In this document: piece after piece, positions 50,654 through 61,369 of the stretch
Numbering within the stretch: position 1 is the first letter of the stretch
Layout of the letters: each line of letters starts with the position of its first letter
From: Diadema antillarum
Taxonomy: Eukaryota
Reading direction: 5' to 3'
Assembly: GCF_040938485.1 (NCBI RefSeq)
Contig: NW_027271001.1
Span: 3,906,001-3,970,000, forward strand
Length of the DNA stretch: 64,000 nt
Notes under the pieces: model-generated
Seen by the model: only the letters and a program-made list of their open reading frames with translations
Database searches by the model: none
Told to the model about the DNA's origin: nothing
Program-made: the position numbers and the translations under genes

Positions 50654-52428
50654 CAACAGTAGGTCAATATAAACTCCGTTGGAGACATAAATTTGACGCA
50701 TTTTCGCCCATAGGGCTTTGTCAAGTCAATACATTTGACACTTTACGTCTCCAACGGAGTTTATATTGACCTACTGTAGTGAATCTATACTTTCTTAGGA
50801 CTCCGAGAANNNNNNNNNNNNNNNNNNNNNNNNNNNNNNNNNNNNNNNNNNNNNNNNNNNNNNNNNNNNNNNNNNNNNNNNNNNNNNNNNNNNNNNNNNN
50901 NNNNNNNNNNNNNNNNNNNNNNNNNNNNNNNNNNNNNTCGACCTTGTACAGAACAAGTGTACATGTAGCTACTTCATTATTCATCCAGGGTGAGAAGATA
51001 AGGGCATTCACGAACGTAGTTCAACGAATGTGTGTATACGTGGAACATGTACGTTGAATTATCTATACGTCCATGAATGCCTTTATCTATTCCCACTCTG
51101 CATATTATGTATGTATGTATATCTTTTAAATCGACATGACAATGCTTTATTGAAATGAATATTTAATTTCTTTTCAATATTTAGTTCGTTGACATACTTG
51201 ATGAAACCTAGATTTACAGCCCACAATCAATTGCGCGATAATATAGTCTGTCACAATCATTCACGTGTTTGATTCTGCTGGCAGAAAAGGTACAATATGA
51301 CAGGGAAAAGGTAAGGTTGACATTCGCAATTGAGGTGTTGCCAGTTCAAAACACTCATTCCCCATTATTTTACGAGTGTTTACAGACCGATATTCTTGTT
51401 TCGACGGGATATGTTCATATATTTCCATAGTTTGACCAACGAAATACTGACACATGTTTTTCGAATGTAACAAACCATGACCAAGGTTGGATATCATGGC
51501 CTTCTTTTGTCTGAGGCGGTCTTTCGGTAGGCGCTTTCATCTATGCAAATAAGGCACTCTTATTGTATTCGCGGTGAGGTGGCGTGGCCATGAGACATCT
51601 ATTCACGCGTGCCGCGCCTTTATTATGGGCTAGGTTTTGGAAATAGGCGACACTCTTTCTTTTCAGGTCTTTCAAACGAAAGTTTTATTCTAGAGCTATA
51701 ATAACCTTTGCTTATACGTGATTGGCGAAGGTATCGAACGTTGATAGTTTTAATCCTGCTATTCTATCACCCGAACTGATCACATTGACTTACATAAGAA
51801 GGGGGAAATTGCCAGTGATCATCATTTATCTCGATCGATAGTGTGATTTTTTTATGCACATGTGAATACCTCTAGTATCCAAAATTCATGGAAATGGGTA
51901 TTCTACTACCCGCGATCTTCAATTCTGATCTGTGGTAACAGCGAGTTCTTCAGATCGGCGACGCTAACATCAAGACGGCGCAGCCTCCCGTGTTGGACAA
52001 TGATCATGGCTGTTGGCTGTGTCGCGCATGTTCAGAACATAATGATCTGCCTGATTAGCGTCCTCTTAGCGTTTGCGTGGCAAATCTTTAGTTCGTGTTT
52101 ATACCACTGTGTGGTCAAGATGAGAGATGAATGGCAAGCTTTACGTTTGAAACTTGTCTGTGTTCTTTCTTTCCTTTTTCTCACAAAAGCTGATTGCTTT
52201 TCTTATAGGCTACAACAACACGGTATTATGTATGCTGAAGAAGCTTTGCAAAACGGGATAAAAAAATCTGACTGAAGCATGAAGGAGAAGCATTTTTATG
52301 TTCTGCTTTACATGGTACATATTTTGTCCTATACTATTATGACAGAGAAGAAGCGCCGTCCTAGGTTATCAAGTGCAGTTGTTATAACATTGCTGAATTT
52401 ATAATTGTATGTAAGATACATATATTTT

Positions 52429-52477
<49 letters not shown>

Positions 52478-53146
52478 CTATATACATGTAGACAGAAAAA
52501 ATGATGATGAAGATGAAGACTGTCAAAATGCATTACCACTCTACTTTTTCATCTTTTCTATACCTACTGGTACCAACACGCGGACTAAACGTTTCATTAT
52601 ATATAATCATATATATACAACATATAAGGTGAAGCGGGCTTGGCCTCCTACGTTGTGGGTGCTGAATTATATTTATGTGTAGGTGTGACGGGAAAGACTG
52701 CTCGCAGACGTTGCAGTAATGTTCACTAATAGCCTTTTACTCTCCCAAGCTTTCGACGGAGTTACCAGTCTTTTTCAAGGGCTTGGGACGTAAACACAAA
52801 AGCGCGCAAAAAAGCAACCAATTTGCATACATTTGAACAGAATAAGGCAAAATTATATATATTATAAAGATACACATATGTGTATTAAAAATATGAATAT
52901 ATATACATATACATATATACATATATATATATATGTTGATAAGGTAGCCCACGTGTTGGCAAGATAAAAAGATAAGTAACAAAGCTGTAACAAAGTTCAT
53001 GCTGTATTCACCAACGGTTTATTTCTTCACACAAATTTTCGAGCGTCTCGCCGCCCTTTCTCAAGTGTTGATACTGAGAGAACAATAACAAAATTCATTT
53101 TACATTATTGTATTATTCATTGTATTTTTGTTACTTATCTTATATA

Positions 53147-53201
<55 letters not shown>

Positions 53202-53408
53202 GAGAGAGACAGAGCGAGAAAGAGAAGGCGCCTCGACCTTGTACAGAACAAGTGTACATGTAGCTACTTCATTATTCATCCAGGGTGAGAAGATAAGGGC
53301 ATTCACGAACGTAGTTCAACGAATGTGTGTATACTGTATATACGTGAAACATGTACGTTATCTATACGTCCATGAATGCCTTTATCTTTTCCCACTCTGT
53401 ATATATGA

Positions 53409-53453
<45 letters not shown>

Positions 53454-54176
53454 TGTGTCTTTTAAATCGACATGGTAATGGTTTATTGAAATGAATGTAC
53501 TTCATTTTATTACAATGTTTAGTTCGTTGACATATTTGATGAAACTTAGATTTACTGACTAAAATCAACTGCATGATAATTATAATTTGTCACAATTATT
53601 AACGCGTTTGAATCTGCTGGGAGAAAAGGTACAATATAACAGGGAAAAGGTAAGGTTGACATTCGCAATTGAATTACTGCCAGTTCAAAACATTCATTCC
53701 CAATTATTTTACGAGTGTTTACAGACCGATATTCTTGTTTCGACAGGATATTTTCATGTATTTCCATAGTTTGACCAACGAAATACTGACACATGTTTTT
53801 CGAATGTAATAGACCATGACCAAGGTTGGGTGTCAAGGCCTTCTTTTGTTTGAGGCGGTCTTTCGGTAGGCGCTTTCATCTATGCAAATAAGGCACTCTT
53901 ATTGTATCCGCGGTGAGGTGGCGGTGGCCATGAAACATCTATTCACGCGTGCCGCGTCTTTATTATGGGCTAGGTTTTGGAAATAGGCGGTACTCTTTCT
54001 TTTCAGGTCTTTCAAACGAAAGTTTTATTCTAGAGCTATAATAACCTTTGCTTATACGTGATTGGCGAAGGTATCGAACGTTGATAGTTTTAATCCTGCT
54101 ATTCTATCACCCGAACTGATCACATTGACTTACATAAGAAGGGGGAAATTGCCAGTGATCATCATTTATCTCGATC
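49576..54176 (+). repeat. Head-to-tail tandem duplication of about 2.3 kb (copy A 49576-51836, copy B 51837-54176)
   Basis: Both copies start gatagt(t/g)tgattttttta and end ...gccagtgatcatcatttatctcgatc. The last about 185 bp are identical; spot-checked 60-bp blocks elsewhere differ at 3-6 positions. Confidence 0.95.
50657..50776. mobile_element. 120-bp MITE with about 30-bp TIRs (CAGT...ACTG ends, Tc1/mariner-like)
   Basis: cagtaggtcaatataaactccgttggagac / gtctccaacggagtttatattgacctactg|ta. Present only in duplication copy A, next to (TA)n. Confidence 0.75.
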
Positions 54177-54263
54177 TCTCCTGCGATTCAACAACGTTAC
54201 TGCTTCATAATCTCTAAATACTCTATCAGTCTCTCCTGAATGAGCTAAAGTGTGCTCGCTTCT

Positions 54264-56111
54264 ATGGCTCCACCGAGAAAACGGCGAAGGCGTGAGTTCA
54301 CTGCCGAGGAGGTCCGTGATTTCATGTTGGACTCTGACTTCGAAATCGAGGATATTGTAGATAACAACTGGGAAGAAGACACGCAATCATCTCGTAGCAG
54401 TGAAAGCACAGAAGAACGTGATTCCTCACGTCTTCTCCCGGAGTTTGAAGAGCACGGTGAATCACTGTTTGAAGACTCGTCAGGCGACGAAGCTGATGGA
54501 GGTGACGATGACCACCTCAATGATCTACCTCCGCCTCATCCAACAACTCATGCTGAACCACTCTCCGATCACGATTGGCGGAGACTTGAGCCTGACGAGC
54601 GATTCAAGTCAAGTCGACGAGTGTATGACGACCAACCCAGACTACTTTTCGACGCTGAAGGATTGGAGCCAGTGGACTTTTTTACGAAGTTCTATCCGAC
54701 TCCCATCTTTGCCCACATAGCAGATGAAACGAACAAGTATGCGCAACAATTCTTCGATTGCCCAGCGCCCCTCCCAGAGGCTTCTCGATTCGGCGTATGG
54801 CTGGACACCGATGAGGAGGAGATACGCGCTTTCACCGCACTTCAAATAGCGATGGGACTGGTGTCAAAGCCATCTGTGCCTCAGTACTGGGAAACGAACT
54901 CCGACATCTTAGTGACTCCTGGGTTTGCCGACGTCATTTCCAGGAATCGATTTCAGCTATTGAACACCTTCCTTCATTTCAATGACAACGAGAAGCTCGT
55001 GCCCCGTGGACAGCCCGGTTTCGACCCCCTTCACAAGACGCGCCCCCTCATCGATATGTCCCAGCCGACGTACCTTGAGCATTTCCTTCCCGGGGGATAC
55101 CTGTCAATCGACGAGAGCTTGGCGCCGTTCAAAGGAAGAATCTCCTACAGACAGTACATCCCAAACAAACCACGGAAATGGGGGATAAAATTCTGGATGC
55201 TCTGTGACGCCCAAACGGGATTTTGTCTGCGGTGGCGGCAGTATGTCGGAGCCGAGGGACAAGACAATGGGGACAGCGCCACTGAAGCCCTGGTGAAACA
55301 GCTGACGGAGCCATTCTACAACACGGATCGCGTGATCGTGATGGACAACTATTATAGTTCCGTAAAGCTCTACGAGGATCTGTCACGGAACGGACTTGGA
55401 GCCTGTGGAACGGTGAGGAGCAACCGACGAGGACTTCCAGAAGAGATCCGACGTGGTGGTCTGCACCTTGCGAAAGGTGACGATCCCGTGTTTTTCGCCA
55501 AAGGGAGGGAGATGTCAGCAGTGACTTGGCATGACGTGAAACTCGTGAACGTGCTGTCGACCGTCAGCAGCAACGATCTCAAACAGAAGCAGATACGGAG
55601 TAAGAACGCCGAAGGAGGTCGCCGTACGATTCAGAAGCCAGCAACTGTTGACGTGTACAACAGGTTCATGAACGGCGTGGACAAAATGGATCAACGCATG
55701 TCCTACTACCGCTACCCTCATAAGAAAATCAAGGGATACCGCGTAACCTACCACTTCACCATGGAAGTAGCTCTCGTGAACGCTTACATCGCATTTCGCA
55801 TGGCTGGCCACAAGATGTCCACGCGCGACTTCAGATGTCGGGTGATTGAGGGTCTGCTGAACGGCTACAGAGCATCTCGCTATCGTCGGACACCGTCACC
55901 TCCCATCGCCGACAACGAGGCAAGACTGACTGAGCGCCACTTCCCAGCAGAGTTCGAAGATCGACAACATCGTCCTGACTGCTACGTGTGTTCGGACCGC
56001 AGGAGGGGAAGGCGAAGACAGACGAGGACATACTGCCGACAATGTGGACTTGCTATGTGTTGCATCCCGTGTTTCGAGATCTACCACACCAGAAAAGATT
56101 TCCGATCATAG
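54264..56111 (+). CDS. piggyBac-family DDD transposase, 615 aa from first ATG, intronless and intact
   Basis: Acidic N-terminus. Catalytic motifs LSIDESL...FKGR...YIPNKPRKWGIKFW, VMDNYYSS and YNRFMNGVDKMDQ. C-terminal Cys-rich domain CYVC...CRQC...CCIPC...H (7 Cys + His). GC-rich relative to flanks. The ORF track starts at GTG 54252; the first ATG is 54264. Confidence 0.95.
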   Translation: MAPPRKRRRREFTAEEVRDFMLDSDFEIEDIVDNNWEEDTQSSRSSESTEERDSSRLLPEFEEHGESLFEDSSGDEADGGDDDHLNDLPPPHPTTHAEPLSDHDWRRLEPDERFKSSRRVYDDQPRLLFDAEGLEPVDFFTKFYPTPIFAHIADETNKYAQQFFDCPAPLPEASRFGVWLDTDEEEIRAFTALQIAMGLVSKPSVPQYWETNSDILVTPGFADVISRNRFQLLNTFLHFNDNEKLVPRGQPGFDPLHKTRPLIDMSQPTYLEHFLPGGYLSIDESLAPFKGRISYRQYIPNKPRKWGIKFWMLCDAQTGFCLRWRQYVGAEGQDNGDSATEALVKQLTEPFYNTDRVIVMDNYYSSVKLYEDLSRNGLGACGTVRSNRRGLPEEIRRGGLHLAKGDDPVFFAKGREMSAVTWHDVKLVNVLSTVSSNDLKQKQIRSKNAEGGRRTIQKPATVDVYNRFMNGVDKMDQRMSYYRYPHKKIKGYRVTYHFTMEVALVNAYIAFRMAGHKMSTRDFRCRVIEGLLNGYRASRYRRTPSPPIADNEARLTERHFPAEFEDRQHRPDCYVCSDRRRGRRRQTRTYCRQCGLAMCCIPCFEIYHTRKDFRS

Positions 56112-57483
56112 GTCACAAACACTGAGTCTTCTGATGACATGAACTCTAAACAATGTCATGAACTTGTCGTGTATAGGCCTGTCTACCGTTGCTTATAGAA
56201 TATGCATGTTCAAATTACAGCTCACAGATGGCAAGCATTTCCAGGTGCATGATTCATTGTAATTACATGGACATTATTGGTTTTACGATCCAAGACTGAG
56301 ATGTATTGAAGTATAATCGCGATATCTGTCTGAACTTCACCCCAAAAGAAACGTTCCGTGTACTCTCACTTGTACTCATTTGCATGTACACAAAACCAGG
56401 TGGTTATTGTCTGTCAAATCGATCCCAATTACCAATGATTATGTCATTAGCCAGGGTAACGTGAAATCTTTAGACATGAATTTCTCTGCCAAGTTATCTC
56501 TCATATTACATTGCCTATTTACAGTGTACACACAATGTATGTACATTTCAATAATGGTGATATTCCCGTAATTGTAAGGATTGGTTATTTATTATCCGTA
56601 AGTCTTCGAAATAGTAATTAATAGCATTAAAAAAAATCAAATACTGTACAAAGAGATAAACGTTCATATTGATGATATGGTTATACACAAAATATCAATG
56701 ACAATGTGATAATTTATTGAGATGTAGCTCACAAGTTCTTGTATTATCAGAAAAGGTTGATATTATGGGTCAAATCGATCCCCATGAGTAACCAGTGATA
56801 TGCCAGTGATTGTGCCACTAGCAAGTTTATTATCAACTTGTACTAGTAATTTATTTTGTATACATACATATGTCCGACAAATTATGGAATTATGGATTTG
56901 TGTAGTGCTCATTACACTTACAATGTATACTTGTCAGTGGCAATTCTGAATCTCGATGGTATATTGTCGTGTTTATGAATTCAATGGTGTATCTTATCAA
57001 ACTTTAGATTATGTGGGGTTATTTATGTCATTGTGTAATTATTCCTTGGCTCTTCAACAATAAGTAGCCGCTGTCATGATTTTACAGCGAGTTCCACGAT
57101 CGCATTTGAATAAGTAATTGTCATATCACCACATATTACATGCATGTAAGTTGTCAATGTAAGAGCAGTGAATTCTTTTCCAGATATCACTAGTCATCGT
57201 GTGAATGAGGAATTGAAAATAAAGCATTATTCACAGTGACGAGTGAAAGAGATAAACTATACTCATCTGTTTCTTATTTGTAATTTAATCAGCGTTGCTG
57301 AGTGTGTAATGTCAGATCAAAGCTGATCAATTATAGTGAGATTGCAAAACTGAAGTGTATGTAACTACTGAAGGATACTAGTAGTATCTAGAGTTATTGA
57401 CGAGAGAAGGTGCAATGTATATTCAGTAACAGGTTGTATATGTGGAGTGAGATCAGTTTGAAGAGAGAATACTATTGCCAGAA

Positions 57484-57487
<4 letters not shown>

Positions 57488-57523
<36 letters not shown>
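57488..57523. repeat. (AG)n microsatellite; another at about 58251-58281
   Basis: Direct reading of the sequence. Confidence 0.9.
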
Positions 57524-57527
<4 letters not shown>

Positions 57528-58250
57528 TGACGAATGGAAATGGAACTCGACGTTCCAAAAATAGTTATCTATGNNNNNNNNNNNNNNNNNNNNNNNNNNN
57601 NNNNNNNNNNNNNNNNNNNNNNNNNNNNNNNNNNNNNNNNNNNNNNNNNNNNNNNNNNNNNNNNNNNNNNNNNNNNNNNNNNNNNNNNNNNNNNNNNNNN
57701 NNNNNNNNNNNNNNNNNNNNNNNNNNNNNNNNNNNNNNNNNNNNNNNNNNNNNNNNNNNNNNNNNNNNNNNNNNNNNNNNNNNNNNNNNNNNNNNNNNNN
57801 NNNNNNNNNNGGTCGTCAGTTTCTTCTTCGCCTAAAAACACAAAATCAAATAAACAACCGACAAACAAGACTCAAAAGCACACATACAAACAAAGCAAGA
57901 GTATGATTATTAGCACACTTAGTTGCATGTAAGGTTGGAAAAGTATAATAAGCGAAGCTGAAAACATGCACAACAAAGGAATTCATCAAATCATACACTC
58001 CATGCAAACGTACTGTACAACAACGTCAACATGTAAGCTAACAGTTTTTATATCCGCATCAAATCATACGAGACGCAAGGTACGAAGAAACAATGCACGA
58101 AGCCTTGTACAGCAATTCCTCTTTAGAGTATATAGTTCTCCCCCCCCCCAAAAAAAAAAAAAGAGAGAGAGAGAAAAAAAAAAGAAGAAATGAAATTCGC
58201 CAATAGGGTATTAGTAACAACAAGAGTTTGAGAGACAAAGCGATTCTGTC

Positions 58251-58281
<31 letters not shown>

Positions 58282-60835
58282 AGGGACAGGTGGATATTGA
58301 GGTTAACGTTACAACAATAATTTGAAGTTATTCATATATCATAGAGAGATATAATAATTTTACCTCGACTTCTTCACTTATTTTGTGAAGTAAAGATTTG
58401 AGTTAACGACATTCTTGTATGACCAAATTGCACCAATTATTGAATATTGAAAAAGGCTGCGTCTTGATCGTTTGTATGGATAGTACCCCTCCCCCCCCCA
58501 AAAAAAAAAGAACACACACACACACACACACATATCAAACAACACACAAACAAGAATCAAGGCAAGTTCCACAACAAAAGGTTTGATTATACGGGTACAC
58601 TTAGTTCTATCTTAGATTAGAACAAAAAAGCTAAGCTAAAAAAAGGTCAAAATCACGTTGCACTTTGCACAAATTACGTAAAACAGCGTCAGGTGTCAAG
58701 TAAGACAGCCTACAGTACTGTGATCTGTTGTATTTGCCAAATTTATTCACGAAATTTTGTAGAAGAGGAAGTGCAAGAGAGTTGCTCGCCAAGTATATGA
58801 GGAGCTCATTGATACACAACAACAATAAGAAGAAATAAAGACATATCGCGGTTCGATTCATTGCCCAGAAATGTCAAAAGTAATATCTTTATTTTGTATT
58901 TCCGATGGATTTTTCACCGAGTCAAAAATCCGTTATAAAACGATCCTCAGAAGTGTAACGTCATAATAATTTGCAGCCCTCGATACGTACGATAACAACA
59001 ACAGAAATGAAAACACGGCGCACTACGCGGTGCAGATAGCAATAAGGTTCGTAAGTCCACAGGGTTTTAGTGAGAGTTTAGTCAGTTTGAATGACTTCCG
59101 CTATCTTGGAAAGTCCTTCACGTACGTTTTTGGATTTGATCAATGTCAACATTGGAATTCCTTTTGTTGACTAGTTTTGTTGAGCACTTTACTATTTTGC
59201 AAAACATGGGACACTTATCGTCAGAAGAAAGTACACAATAAACGCATACAAAGGGCCAAAAAGATAGGACATTAGCTATCGCGATGTGTGCTTTGTGAAT
59301 GTCTATGAATCGTTTACTATGTATACAGTAGGAGAGCGGATCGTATCACCGAACGCCTTTTTTGTGGCTTTGAATTCAGCACAAAGTGGATGAAATGTCT
59401 GCAAAAAATAACACCGGTTATTCACAAAGTCCTGAAAATACGAATTCAGCAAAAGTACGCAAATTATTCACTCAGGTTTTTGGAGAATAGGCTTCAAGTA
59501 TATCTTTCTCTCCAAAAATTTAAAAAAAAATCAAAACTGAGTTGTCTTTTACAACCGCAAAAAAAAAATCGCATTATAATTAGGTACATGATTTTCGTAA
59601 TGACATAGTCAATGCTTTCACATCTTGTTCTTGCACCAGAACCACAATTCTTACCCAAGGTTCACTACATGTACCTACTAGTATTCTTACCGAGGGGAGG
59701 ACAAAGAGAAAAAGAATCGGCTAATGAGGCTCATTTTTTTTTCTCACCGCAAAATGTCTAATACGAACATTTTGAATAGTTCCCATGATAAAATCTTGCG
59801 ATAAATCGACATCTTCTTCTAAATCTGAGGTAAAATGTGAATTTCTTAACGTTTTTGCATTTTTGTGTTGCATTCTTTTTTTGCGGTTTCGGTCCTTATA
59901 AACGATTTGTGAGGCCAGTCTACGAGGTCCCGCGAGTATTGAAGATCGTAAGTACGCAGAAATATGCGTACGAAATTACTATGATGTCGGGCACTACCAT
60001 ACCAGCTGCATTATGTATTCAGTACTTCCCTTTCTCAAGGTGTGTATATCGAACTCTTTCTAGCGCTAATGATATTATGTAATGACACATTCATACACAA
60101 ATGGGACTATACCTGGGTATTTTTATACCCTTTTCACCTCCCCCTCTTTTTCTACCATTCTGTCTTTAGTCCTAAAGTACGCCAACCTAAATTTCTCCTG
60201 GTATTCACTTTCATTTGAACAAGGAGACCGGCAATGACAGGCTAAAAACAATGACGATCACGTCAACGCAAATTATATGGATGTGCCGTGCGGCTTAGTT
60301 CACGAGTCAAGTTTTCGCTTGCTGGTACGCGTGCATACACAAGGACAAAGGCGTTTTCTTCTTTTGTATCTGATTGTATGTAAGCGTCGGGACGATTACA
60401 GTACATCAAACAGACAAAAGGATGAAAGGCTTGACCGTCAAAATAAAAGCTGACCTTCTCTGAGGGACAAAATGAAAGCATGCTTTCAGCCGTCCCGCAG
60501 GACAGCATCCAAGCGGAACAAGACGACTGGAACCTCATAGAAAAGACACGCAGACTCAATAGCGTACACACGCGTGGTTTACCAATGAGACTTTTGATTT
60601 ATACACAGCTCACAGAGGGTGCGCTCACGCCGAATTTTCCCGGCGCGAAGAAAACATACCTTGTCGAAAAATCATGAATTTACTCTAAAAAATCCTATGT
60701 AAGCATACACAAATATTTAGTTCAAACGATAGATACACTTATCTGCTATCATTATATATCAATGGCAGTTTCATAGTGCAAGTAATTATGATACCACAAA
60801 CATTTTAATGAGCAGGAGTTTTCTTGCTCTTCTTA

Positions 60836-60907
60836 GTCGCCGATCGGCGACCATGGCACGTCAGGACTATGGTCGCCGATCGGCGACCATGGCACGTTAA
60901 GAGTTAA
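60836..60907 (+). repeat. piggyBac right end: two 25-bp direct repeats containing a perfect palindrome, TIR and TTAA
   Basis: GTCGCCGATCGGCGACCATGGCACG at 60836-60860 and 60872-60896. Perfect 22-bp palindrome ATGGTCGCCGATCGGCGACCAT at 60869-60890. Confidence 0.8.
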
Positions 60908-61004
60908 AGGCAATTTTTGTGAAGAAAGTATATGCATGAAATTCCAATGCATCAACGAAACGGTCTATAATATCATTACCTTTCTTCTGACGTGGACCCC
61001 TTAA

Positions 61005-61369
61005 CCCTGAAATCCAAATGCATGTTTATTTGTGTTGATTTGCGTCACTTTTGCTGTGAAACGAATATCTAGAACATTCCATATATTTTTAACGATTTTT
61101 TTTCTTCTATTTTTCTTCAGATTACTTGGGAACGCCCACAAAAAAATCCTTCCAAACTAATATTCCTCAGATGACCTCATCTGTCAATCATTGCTGAGTT
61201 CTGAAATGTTTAACAAAATACATTGGAGTGCACCTTCCTATCGACTCAGCCTAACTTGCATGTTCCCTCGCCATGTCTTTTGTTAGTCACATTGATATCA
61301 CAGAAACAGTGATGTTAAGAATATCATAAATCAACACAAATCAACATGCATTTGGATTTCAGGTGCCCT
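61005..61369 (+). mobile_element. TTAA-type MITE family C, near-complete copy; a third degraded inverted copy lies at about 62400-62590
   Basis: ccctgaaatccaaatgcatg...catgcatttggatttcaggtgccct|TTAA. Shares ttcttcagattacttgggaacgccc with 37790-37817. Confidence 0.75.

Larger units (their letters stand above)
45890..60903 (+). mobile_element. Putative full-length, about 15.0 kb piggyBac element with TTAA target-site duplication
   Basis: Left end: TTAA (45886-45889) + CTCTTAATGTGCCA (45890-45903). Right end: TGGCACGTTAAGAG (60890-60903) + TTAA (60904-60907); 13/14 inverted match. Subterminal repeats at both ends; transposase ORF inside. Confidence 0.65.

Noticed and set aside
54245-56087. Minus-strand and alternate-frame ORFs overlapping the transposase
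   Set aside because: Shadows of a GC-rich coding region, with no recognisable motifs.
58399-58408. GAGTTAA as an alternative right end of the piggyBac
   Set aside because: The preceding bases (agtaaagattt) do not match the left TIR and there are no subterminal repeats.
61001-61011. TTAACCC as a possible piggyBac left end
   Set aside because: The sequence continues as MITE family C and is a truncated version of the ttaaaggggccctgaaatcc end at 37664.
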